A stretch of DNA of 64,000 bases, from the NCBI RefSeq assembly GCF_006345805.1, contig NC_043001.1, forward strand, positions 97,154,001 to 97,218,000, written 5' to 3'. Of the stretch, positions 41,114 through 52,629 are shown piece by piece. The notes under the pieces were generated by a model. That model saw nothing but the letters and a program-made list of their open reading frames with translations, was not told where the DNA came from and ran no database searches. Every line of letters starts with the position of its first letter. Position 1 is the stretch's first letter. The DNA comes from Octopus sinensis. Taxonomy: Eukaryota. The translations under genes and the position numbers were made by a program.

Positions 41114-42892
41114 CTATGTTTGACTTTTGCTTTATATTTGTACAAGTTGGCTCCAAGTCTCACCCAGAGACCTCAAGAGACAACAGGGTTGGAAGTTCAT
41201 GTTGTTGTTATGCCTAGTGTGCCATATATTTGGGGGGTGGGGGTGTTGTACTAATGAATGTCTAAAAAAAAATAAAACCTTTTTTTTTTAAACCGAAAAT
41301 TATGTTTGTTTTAAACCTTGAGATTACATAGAAAGTATTTTGCGTAGGATATGAGCAGTTCCCATGAGCACTATCTTTTGAATTTCTTCCATTTTGGGGT
41401 TTCCTGGTATCTGAGTTAGGTAGCTATCTGCCCCTTTTGCTATCATTCCCAGGGCACCTATGACAACAGGTATTGTTTTAGTCTTCAGCTTCCACATTTT
41501 GCTGATTTCTATTTCAAGATCTTTATATTTGCTCAGTTTTTGGTAGGTCTTGACAGATACGTTTATATCGATTGGGACAGTCATATCAATGAGGAGGCAT
41601 GTTCTTTGTTTGAAGTCTTTCAACATGATGTCTGGCCTATTTGCATCTATCTTTCTGTCAGTTTGAATGGCGAAGTTCCAGAGGAGTGAGATGTGGTCAT
41701 TTTCAAGCACTGGGGGTGGTTTGTGTTCCCACCAGTTTTTTTCATGGGGCAAATCCAGGTTTTTGCAGATTACCCAGTGAATATATTGTGCAGCTCTATC
41801 GTGCCTGTTGAGATACTCTGTAGGCGCTAGAAGACTGCACTTGGAGACCACATGGTCAATGGTTTCATTTTGTTGCTTGCATACACGACACGTTGGGCTG
41901 CTTCTGATCTTTAATATGTTGGCCTGGTAGTTTCTTGTTGGTAGGCATTGATCTTGAGCTGCTATGATAAACCCCTCTGTTTCAGATTTTAAGCCAGAGG
42001 CCATTAGCCATTGATGGGTCAGGGCTTTGTCAACATCTGCATTATTTGCTCTCTTGGGTATTTGCCATAGAGAGGTTTTTCTTGCCATTTATCATTCAGA
42101 ATATCTAAGGCCGCAGATTTAGCACGGGTTTTCATGCGCTTAGCTTTTTCTGTGCCTGTTTCTTGTATGTCTATCTCTAATTCCGAAATTTGTTGTATTC
42201 GGAATTCACTTAGATATTCCTTTGCCTGTTTTGTTACTGAGTATGATGCTTTCTTGTTTTCATGTTTTGAGACAAGTTTTAACATCCAGTCCTCAGAGTT
42301 TTTCAGGTAGGTGTCTAGGCCAATTGTAGCAATCTTCATTGTTATTGCCAGTTGTAAAAATCCACGGCCTCCCTCTTTTCTTGGCAGATAAAGTCGTTCA
42401 GTATCTGCCTTAGGGTGGTGCATTCTATGCATTGTCAACAGTTTTCGTATTTTTCTGTCAAGATTACATATTTCAGTAATTGACCAGTTAACGATACTGA
42501 AACTGTAAGTCACGACTGGTATGGCTAATGCATTGATCGCTTCGATCCTGTTTCTCGCATTCAGCTCTGTCTTGAGTATTGCTCTTACTCTGCGATAGCA
42601 TTCTCTCCTGATCCTTTCCTTCATCTCTGAATGCCTTATTCCTTCTCCTTCAATTACCCCTAGATACTTGTAGTTCTCTGCTGGGTCTAATTCTTTTATG
42701 ACATTCTGCTGGTCAAGGTTAACGTTAGATGTTTCTGTCATTTTTCCTTTGATAAAGGTAGCTTTTGCGCATTTATCGAGGCCAAATTGCATTCTGATGT
42801 CATCACTGAATTGTTTGACAATCGCTAGCAAGCCCTTGAGTTGTTGGTCATTTTTTGCAAAGAGCTTTAAATCATCCATGTAAATGAGATGT
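41114..42892 (-). mobile_element. 5'-truncated R4/Dong element in (TAA)n
   Basis: 286 aa and 254 aa ORFs from MDDLKLF to RPDIMLK and ILRKILSM; (ATT)n on both sides. Confidence 0.93.
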
Positions 42893-42926
42893 ATTATTAT
42901 TATTATTATTATTACTATTATTATTA

Positions 42927-42992
<66 letters not shown>

Positions 42993-45357
42993 CACTATTT
43001 ACTTACTTGTTAGAAATATGTCATACTTTCGTCTCACGCGTGTATTCTATTCGCTGGGATTTTCCAAATTTGCCGAGTACTTCAGTTAGTTCTTTTACAC
43101 AGAGAATTATCTCTATTTATTTGTTTGTTTATTTATTTCTTTATGTAATTCTTTATTTATTTATTCACTGATTTATTTGCATACTCATCTACTTAAATTT
43201 TATTGCCATTATCTTGACAGTGATTCATGCCAAATTAGAATAGTTACGTGCGTGTTGGGCCAACGTTGACAATGTGTTAGATAATATGTACTTATCTTCA
43301 TTTCAAATTTTCGGATGATGTACGTTTATATATTTTACCTTTCAGATGTCATATTTTCGATTTTGGCTGGATGATAGGTCTTTTATATATTTTCTCCCGT
43401 CTTATATTTGATTTCTTTTCTCGTATTTACTATCCATATCGTTTAAATCAACTTTGGCTTGGCAGCTTATAACCTTCAGTTTGTTTTGTATAACATTATT
43501 TTGATTAAATATTCGATTGGAAAAAAATAATATTTCAAACTGTGAAATTAAAAATCTGACTTCAATCGACATTCATTGAGAAGGAACCCTTAAAATGCAA
43601 ATCCAAATTTTAATTGATTTCCCATTCAGATAAAATTTCAATTAAATACTTTCTCCTCAGTCCCCAGTGCCTTTCATGAAGATGAAGAGGAAGAAAAAAC
43701 TTTCATTTTATTAATATGAAATTTCCATAAAAAATTTGAAAAAAAAGAGAAACAAATATTCCTCTTGAACTACCCGTTTCAGATTACAAGGAATATGGGC
43801 TAGCTCCCTACAACTCGTAATGGATCATTGGAGCGCCACCAAGGCCTTCGTTTCAATGTAGCATGCCATGCGAAGCCAACTTAGCTGAGCCTATCCCTTC
43901 GTAGGCTGTTCAGCTGGAATGTAATACTACACAGCAGGGCTGGGTGTTCAAACGTGGATATTTGATTAAATAAAAATCCTTAATGGAAACAGAACATTAC
44001 GTCTGACCAACTGAGACGTTGTTTCTCTCCGCACAAATATCTACTGCATCTCTTAAAATCATGAGTCCCATTCACTTATAACTGACCTCCCATGGAAATG
44101 CTTAACAATCGGTATAAATAAGGTCACCAAATTACAAGGTGAATATCGAAGCCCGGGGAGAGCGTGACACCCTGAAATATTCCTCTTCTTGGTATGCCCG
44201 TGGCTAATCAAGATTACTTGGGATGATTTTTCTTAGAAACTTAGACACATAAGTTTCTAATGAAACCGGGGAAAGTTTAAAAGTAGCAATATACGTTACT
44301 TTTCTGTTACTAAATTAAGGTTTATATCCAATATCCCCACGCGTAAAACTGGTTCATGTAGCCTAATTGAAGTTATGATAGCAGTTATACTACATGACGT
44401 GAAATTCATGTGTTTCAATCCCGAATACATATTCGGGTAACGAAATATAATCCAGAAAATAAAGAAAAATGGGTCTTGCCAAGAGATGAAATTTTTGGCT
44501 GAAAATTAGTTTGTTTGCAATTTGTTATCAATGCTGAGAGTGTTCATCGCTCAGTTTTCTGAAATATCCATGTTCCACATGCTGCAATATTTAATGGGAA
44601 GCAAAGAAAAGTTAACTCAGTCCTATATTTAAAGTAAATGTTATACTGTCTTTCACTTTTATTGCTTAGCTGAAACTTTACTATAAATATAGCATGGTAT
44701 AGTCCAAATGTAAACGAATCGTGTTATTCGCCCAGTGATGCATACATTTACTTAGTAAGGAAATAGAAATTAATTTGGTACATTGGTATGAGATAAATGA
44801 ATACCGTTATTTTCAGACAAGGAACAAAGACCCGAGAATATATTGAGTGATTGCTTCCATGAGTTTCAAGTTAAACTTTAGTGCGTAATTGAGGTGAAAT
44901 ACTTTCTTTCTTGAATTCAAAGCGCATCAGAAATTCACGGCACCATGAAATAAATATTCGTTTCATTTCACTACCTATAACCACAAGTTTTCTAGTGGCG
45001 GTGTAAATTCGATAAATCAATATAACATATGAAAACATACCGTTAGTTTTGGCCACTTCATTATGTGTATAGCGTCATTGGAGCAGCAATGATAATCTTG
45101 TCTTTGTACAGTACATCAAGAGAGATGAATTGTTTCGAATTTTCTTCTCCTCCGTTGCGACACTCTACGGACCAACAGTATCAAAGTGCTAGTAAAGTAC
45201 GCTCTCAATAAGCTTTGAAATATACGCTACCAGGCAGTCGAACCCACATCTTTATAATCGCTTATTTCGTTCGATAGACATATCAAACTACATAAATTAG
45301 TATATTATTTACTGTATTTACATTTGACTGATGTTTGTGCTCATCTTGTTTGTTGTT

Positions 45358-45402
45358 AACACAAGGCTTCGGCTGATATACCTTCCAGCCTTCATCAGGT
45401 GT
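45358..45402 (-). ncRNA. Degenerate minimal hammerhead (SINE-HHR family)
   Basis: ACAC-CUGAUGA-A-GGCUG/CAGCC-GAAG-CC-UU-GUGUU. Confidence 0.55.
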
Positions 45403-45456
45403 GTTGGGGAAATTTCGAACATCGGTTCCTAAGGTATTTGTGATGTTGTTGTTGAT

Positions 45457-45487
<31 letters not shown>

Positions 45488-45508
45488 TTCTTCTTCTTCT
45501 TCTTCTTC

Positions 45509-45568
<60 letters not shown>

Positions 45569-45746
45569 TAACTGCCTGGGTAAACCACGGTCATTTGGCG
45601 TAGGGGTTAAGAGCGCGGGCTACTAACTCAAGATTCCAAATTCGATTCCAGGCAGTGACCTGAATAATGATGATAATAATAATAATAACAACAACAACAT
45701 CGAAACGTACCTTAGAAATGCGAATCCATGTTCGAAATCTCCCCAA

Positions 45747-45792
45747 GACACCTGATGAAGGCTGGAGGATATATCAGTCCAAAGGTTGTGTT
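45747..45792 (+). ncRNA. Degenerate minimal hammerhead (SINE-HHR family)
   Basis: GACAC-CUGAUGA-A-GGCUG/CAGUC-CAAA-GG-UU-GUGUU. Confidence 0.55.
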
Positions 45793-46914
45793 AACAACAA
45801 ACAAGTTGAGGACAAATTTCCGGCAATTGTAAATAATGTAAATAATGTACATAATTCCTCATCTCTTAAATATAGAACTGTACATAAAATAGTATTTGCG
45901 TATTTACAATAGTGAACAATAGTGAGAATTAGTTACACATATTTGATGGGGCCAGTATAAAACCGAAACATATCTTGCGTATATACTACAAGAAAACAAA
46001 TCTTATTGCTCATTGATTTCCAGTTGTTTTCCAATGTCGATTGAATATACATTCCTTATAAGTTTTGAAGGCGTTGATAATTTTCTCTATTAAAAATTGA
46101 TATTGAAAAGCCTGGCGTAATTTTTCCACCCGTATTTGAGATTGATCTGATAGTGAATGAATGTGCATTCTTGTACACTTGCTTAGTAATTTGTCTATGA
46201 CATATACGCTAAGTTCTGTGAAAAATATCTACGGTACGGCTTTTATCATTCTCGTCTATTTTCGATTGCTTGCATAATAAAAGCTCTATGATCTGATCTC
46301 TTCAGAATGCCTTCTGGATCATTGATTATAACTAATCACTCGAACGGCACAGAGAACAGTAATATTTGATTAGGAAGAAACAAATATATGCTAATAGTTT
46401 AAACACTATTCTGGAGTATTTTTCTTTTTCTAAACCCTGTAGTATATCTATGAATATCTTTAACAGCTACGAATTAGTCGATGGCGTCACTTCTCTCTGG
46501 AAAGTTGATTAATCATTTTCTCTTCAAAAGTGCCTTTCTAGGGGAATTATACTGAACAATTTCTAGAGTAATTTCTGTAATTTCTGCAATGTCTCAGGTA
46601 ATGCAAAATCATATTATCGAAATAATCTTGGAACTGGTAGCCATGGCTTAAACCTTTTTGTTTGAAAGTTGATCATGGACTATCAAACGATGGATTTATT
46701 AGCGAGCGAAGGAATGGAGTCGTTATGGCAGCCTGGAAGGTGACTGGCTTTCAGCCGAGAATGAGCCCGACAAATTTTAGGTATGAATTTATACTGGATT
46801 ATTGTAATCTATATCACATTCTACAGACTGGAATGCAGTTGCTTTCATCGTAGAGCAACACCATTTTCCTTCTCAAAATAGATGACGCATTGCAATTATT
46901 AAAATGTCAAAATA

Positions 46915-47245
46915 TTCTTTTGTACTCTAGGTACAAGGCCCGATATTTTTAGGGAGGGGCCAGGTCGATTAGGTCGATCCGGGTACGCAACTTGTACTTA
47001 ATTTATTGACTCCGAAAGGATGAAAGGCATACTCACCCTCGGAGGAATTTGAATATGAACTCAGAACGTAAACACAGACGAAATACCGCTAAGCATTTCG
47101 CACAGCGTGCTAACCTTTATTTCTTTATTGCCCATAAGGGGCTAAACATAGAGGGGGCGAACACGGAGAGCGAAAGGGATTAAATCGATAACATCGACCG
47201 CGAAATGATGAAAGGCAAAGTCGATCTCGGCGGAATTTGAAGACA
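46915..47245 (-). mobile_element. SINE family B
   Basis: CGAAAGGATGAAAGGCA and CTCGGCGGAATTTGAA motifs. Confidence 0.75.
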
Positions 47246-47418
47246 GAGAACACCTCTGGAAAATACGAAAACTAAAAGAAGCAGCACAAATACTAGGACA
47301 CAACAACCTCCTAAGCAATCCCAGTGTAGATATGAGTAGCATACAGGAACCGGTATTAAGGAAGCATTGAAAATATCAGATTTATAATCTCTAAAACTCT
47401 CTCTATAATTGCCCACAG

Positions 47419-47575
47419 GCATATGGCGTAGTGGTTAAGTGCACGAGCTACTAACCCCAAGATTTTAAGTTCGATTCCAGCAAGTGACCATAATAATAAT
47501 AATAATAAGAAGAAGAAGAACATCGAAAAATGCTTTACGAATGAGAATCCTGGTTCGAATGAAGATTCCTGATAT
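47419..47575 (+). mobile_element. Third copy of the tRNA-head SINE-HHR family, truncated before the hammerhead
   Basis: GGCATATGGCGTAGTGGTTAAG...AGTTCGATTCC...GTGACC, (TAA)(GAA)n, CATCGAAAAAT...GAGAATCCTGGTTCGAA. Confidence 0.75.
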
Positions 47576-48467
47576 ATATTATTTACAAACAAATGCTAAT
47601 AAGATCTGTTGACGTTATTATTGCATAGAATTTGCAACAGTGTACTTTTGATTGACTTAGGAGCATAATGTTCTTCGACTTTAAGTTTGTAGGATGTGAT
47701 TGCAGATGAGTTAGTTGCTATTACCTGCAAGTTGACTGGAAGAACAACCGTTATTTTAGTGAACTTAAATATTCACGAATTTCCTAACATATATGACTGC
47801 TACAAAACCTATTTCCTCATACACAATACGTATCGTTTTCCGATAGAAATTATGATGTATATAAAGTTAAAGTCAATGATAAAATATCTAGGCTTTCTGC
47901 CGTCCATAACAGGTTCAATCTAAATGATGCATTACTTAAAATGTAAACAACAATACAGCTTTGTTCAAAGTTGTTTATTAATAATAAAATTCGTAGACTT
48001 CCAATTATAATTATTATGATATACTATGCTGAATATATTTCTTTTGACTATTTTCTATTGACAAAAGCCGAGTTCAAAAGCATAATACCGATAAGTAGAG
48101 AATAAAAGCAAACACTTTACTCTGTTCGAAATTCTTTCATCTTAACTTTCATCATTAGTTCAAATATTTTACGAAATAAATAAGTTTGTAAAAGACCTGA
48201 TATTAATGCTTGATCTTTTGCATAGATATGCTGATAGGTTTCTAATATATCAAATAAATGAAATCCTTTCTATTATAGAAGTCACGATTGAGTTTAATGT
48301 ATCAGGAACTCTGTGCATAACTAGTGTGTAGCTATAAAGTTAGTAAGTACGCACCAAGAGGAGTTACAAGCGAGAGATATGAGTGGCTTGGTGTTTTACA
48401 GCGCATATCGCAATACAATAATGCTAGACTTACGCATATATATTCTATCTCTCTCTTTTGCTCTCTT

Positions 48468-48680
48468 TTACTTGTTTCAGTCATTTGACTGTGGCCATGG
48501 TGGAGCTCCACTTTAGTCGAGCAAATCGATCCCAGGGCCTATTCTCTGTAAGCCTAATACTTATTCAATCTGTCTCTTTTGCTGAACCGCTAAGATGTGG
48601 GCACGTAAGCACACCAGCATCGGTTGTCAAACATACACACACAAACACACGCACACACAGACACACACACACACACACAC

Positions 48681-48768
<88 letters not shown>

Positions 48769-48942
48769 TATATATATACATATATACGACGGGATTCTTT
48801 CAGTTTCCGTCTATCAAATCCACTCACAAGGCTTTGGTCGGCCCGAGGCTATAGTAGAAGACACTTGCCCAAGGTGCCACACAGTAGGACTGAACCCGGA
48901 ACAATGTGGTTCGTAAGCAAGCAACTTACCACACAGCCACTC
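48468..48942 (-). mobile_element. tRNA-derived SINE, family A
   Basis: Full head and tail with a central (TA)/(CA) microsatellite. Confidence 0.85.
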
Positions 48943-49309
48943 ATATCGTGTATAACTGCAACATATTGTAATGCATTTATAGAGATATTCAGTCTACATA
49001 TATCAACATGAAACATAGTCTACGCTAAAATCTTCACGTACGTCGTTGAGAACTCTCCTTGGAATATCAGTCGCATTCACGTACAAAAAACACAAACATA
49101 AAGCATGGTGCTTTTCTTCAACGATTTACATAACAATATAGCATTAAAAACACCCTTCTTTAAAATAAAGGCAAGATGTAACATTTGAAACGCTTGGTCA
49201 TGGAATAAAACAGAACACAAATATGAAAAGCTGCTGACTTTTGTCAGGTTGACGTTCATTTCTCTTATTTTCAATAATAAATATAAAAAAATAAATAAAT
49301 ACCCCCCTT

Positions 49310-49548
49310 TTAAAACCTATCCAGGCTCATGGGACCGGTTTCCCAGTTTCAGTGGCGTATGTGTTCTCCAGCTAGACGGAACGCCAGTCCATCGCAGCGT
49401 TACTCATTTTTGCCTGCTGAGTGAACTGGAGCAACGTGAAATGAAGTGTTTTGCTCAAGAACACAACGCATCGCCCGGTCCAGGAATCGAAACCACAATC
49501 TTACGATCATGATTCTGACACCCTAACCACTAAGTCACGCGCCTCCAC
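49310..49548 (-). mobile_element. tRNA-derived SINE
   Basis: Minus-strand head GGCGCGTGACTTAGTGGTTAGG...GGTTTCGATTCCTGG, then TTGAGCAAAACACTTCATTTCACGTTGCTCC. Confidence 0.8.
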
Positions 49549-49739
49549 TTTCAATGATAAATAGTTAGATAAAATACAAGTAAATATAATCGTTTTACAT
49601 TGATATTAGAGAGCAATCGTTAGCCCTTTGTGAGGCTTTCCCCAGCTAGAAGCCACTTGAGGCGAGCCTCAGGTATCAATCTGCCGACCAGAGAAGTCTA
49701 ATTATGTCGTATTTCCACTAAGTGCGTCATTGGCGGTGC

Positions 49740-50415
49740 TTCTCCCCTGTTCATCGATTTTAGCGATGGCTGAAATGAAGAGACAGCATGCTTTCGTGAA
49801 ACACCGTCTTTTCACTGAGGAAAACTGCACCCAAAACAGTTTTTATGCTTCAAACAGCTTACAATGACGCTGTTATGAGCAAAACACAAGTTTACGAGTG
49901 GTTTCACACTTAACGAACGGTCACTTGTCACTTGATGACCAACTTCATTCAGGTCGACGGTCGATCTCCCGAACAAATGAAAACATCATAAAAATTCATG
50001 AACTGGTCTTGGAGGACCGTCGCCGAAAAATTGACAAACTTGTTGATATGACTGTTGTGTCCAGGATCTCATCCTAACGAATCTGTTGCGAGGAATTGCG
50101 AATGAAAGGAGTTACTGTAAAATGTGTGCCCCACGTGCTTACGATCTTACACCAGTCAACATTTTTTTTGTTACCCCGAAAGAAAAAAGTGTTCTTAAAC
50201 GAAAACTTTTTGCAGATGTGGAAGAGGTGAAGAAAAAACGAGGCGTTGCAATGGCATCACTTCGTAAGCAATTTTGGTCAGCTTCGAACAGTGGCAAACG
50301 CGTCTATACAAATGCATTGTTTCAAATAGAGAATAATTTGAAAGCGATAAATGTGTAAACGTGTAAAACTAAATCTAAAAGAGTGAATAAAATAATATTG
50401 CAAAATTCCGTTTTC
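49740..50415 (+). mobile_element. Internally deleted mariner transposase remnant
   Basis: MAEMK..LQTAYNDAVMSKTQVYEWF..DD..SGR..LVLEDRR..ELRMK..KCVP is joined at about 50142 to DLTP..FF..KRK.FADVEEVKKK; the catalytic DD34D region is missing. Confidence 0.85.
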
Positions 50416-50439
50416 TTATATGTTTGTGAGTGTGTGTGT

Positions 50440-50483
50440 GTCTGTGTATGTATGTGTTGTATTTATATATATCTATATATATG

Positions 50484-50578
<95 letters not shown>

Positions 50579-50690
50579 AAATATATATATATATATATAT
50601 GTATAAATATATATATATGTATAGATATGTATATATATGTACATGTATATCTATATATATGTGTGTGTGTGTGTGTGTGTACATACGTAC
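50440..50690. repeat. (TA)n/(TG)n microsatellite
   Basis: Seen directly. Confidence 0.95.
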
Positions 50691-51577
50691 GCGTAACACA
50701 GCATCCTAGTTTTAACTTAGTTTATTAATGCACACAAACCTCTATGAGTATTTGAATATTGGGCAATATGTATTCACTGCCATGCCTTTGGTGCACATCG
50801 ACGTCCCATCCCCATCTTCCGCGAACATTAAACGTAAATTTCAAGTCATCATTGTTCATATCAGTGTTTAGTTAATGCATTCTGGGACAGTAGCCTAACC
50901 TAAGGAATCTACGCACTGAAAAATTGAATAACGAATTTGCTGCTTGTGATGTGATTTATAAAATGGTTTCTCTATAATATATTAAATGACAAACCGCGAC
51001 TGAAAATTCAATATTTTTAATTAAACGTTTAACATGAATATTACGCCGGTTTAAGATAACACGGTGTAAGATTGTGAGTGAAAATATGCTTCTAAAAACC
51101 TTATTTAAGATCTTTCTATATATTTATATATTTGTCGATAGTTTTGAATTTATATTGGACTGTTCTCCAAGCTCATGTAATATTTATGTTCCAATCTCTT
51201 AAAATAGCTCTCCTTCTTTCCATTTATCTCTGTGGAATTGCATTGCTCACGTTCTGATTTATAGTTCACAGAATTATTTATTTACACTGTTTCCGTCCCC
51301 TTCAGCGTGGAGAAAAATCGTAGTTGACGTCAAGGTAGGAATTGCATTATGGGCTCTAAAATGTATGTCCTCTGCATAAGATTTTCTATCGATATTCAAA
51401 CGGATATTTACATATTACCACCCCTAGCCAGCACGATGACGCCGGACGGTTGATAATATTTTTCATTGATAAACGTAGTGTATATGTTCGGGCTCTAAAT
51501 ATCAATGTCAAATGAAATTCGCTCCCTTTTATTTATATCTCGACACACATTCATTTACGGTCCGATACATACATACA

Positions 51578-51611
<34 letters not shown>

Positions 51612-51653
51612 CATACATACATACATACATATACACATACATACATAAATATG

Positions 51654-51702
<49 letters not shown>

Positions 51703-51733
51703 TAACATAATATGTACAATTACTCAATAATCA

Positions 51734-51796
51734 AGATAAAACTCTGAGTTTCAGATGCCGAAGTGAAAATCCACAACACCATCTCTTCGGTTATCT
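51734..51796 (-). ncRNA. Minimal type I hammerhead motif (variant)
   Basis: Stem I AGAUAA/UUAUCU, CCGAAGA, stem II GAUG/CAUC plus an extra U, GAAA, stem III ACUC-A-GAGU, GUU site. Confidence 0.6.
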
Positions 51797-52048
51797 GGCC
51801 ATCTGAAAAAACCCTATGAAAAACTATTTTCCCTAGTTTAAAATTAACACGGAAAAAATAAACAGTTACCAGTATGGCAAAAAATCACACAAGTAATAAG
51901 GACATAACGCCCCAATTTTAAAGGTAGAAACTCCAGGTCGATGTGAAATATTTTGTATAATAGATATAATTTAATAAATGGAGTTAAAAGCAGGTGTTAT
52001 TAGAAACATATGTCGGAAGTAAACTGCGTTTAACTCCATTTATTTACA

Positions 52049-52137
<89 letters not shown>

Positions 52138-52220
52138 CTCTCTCTCTATATATATATACATGTCAGAAATATTAAATTTCTAAGTATCTCATAGAGATAT
52201 GTACGGTGGTGGGGCGACAG

Positions 52221-52399
52221 AGTGGTTGTATACTGTCAACTTAACGTGACACTAAGGGAATTACACCACCGCTGTGTAGCCCTAGGAAGCATTGACGCTT
52301 CCTGTCGGCCTCGACACATTTCCTGTGTCGATGCTTCCTAGGGCTAAATAGCGGTGGTGTAATTTCCTTACTGTCACGTTAAGTTAACAGTATACAACA

Positions 52400-52401
<2 letters not shown>
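52221..52401. repeat. Near-perfect palindrome or fold-back element with arms of about 72 bp
   Basis: 52225-52296 pairs with 52327-52398 with few mismatches. Confidence 0.9.
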
Positions 52402-52478
<77 letters not shown>

Positions 52479-52480
52479 TA

Positions 52481-52526
<46 letters not shown>

Positions 52527-52555
52527 TATATATATATAATATATATTATATATAT

Positions 52556-52589
<34 letters not shown>

Positions 52590-52629
52590 ATATATATATA
52601 TTATATAATTATATATATATATATGTATA

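Larger units (their letters stand above)
45303..45881. mobile_element. Fold-back tRNA-head/hammerhead SINE-like element, copy 2 (uninterrupted)
   Basis: Minus arm 45303-45443, (CTT)/(ATT)n, inverted stub 45561-45579, tRNA-like head 45589-45660 (TGGCGTAGGGG; TTCGATTCC), (TAA/CAA)n, plus arm to 45881. Confidence 0.8.

Noticed and set aside
46662-46853. Possible exon with AG|GTATGA or AG|GTGACT donors
   Set aside because: No recognisable protein similarity, and the other frames contain stops.
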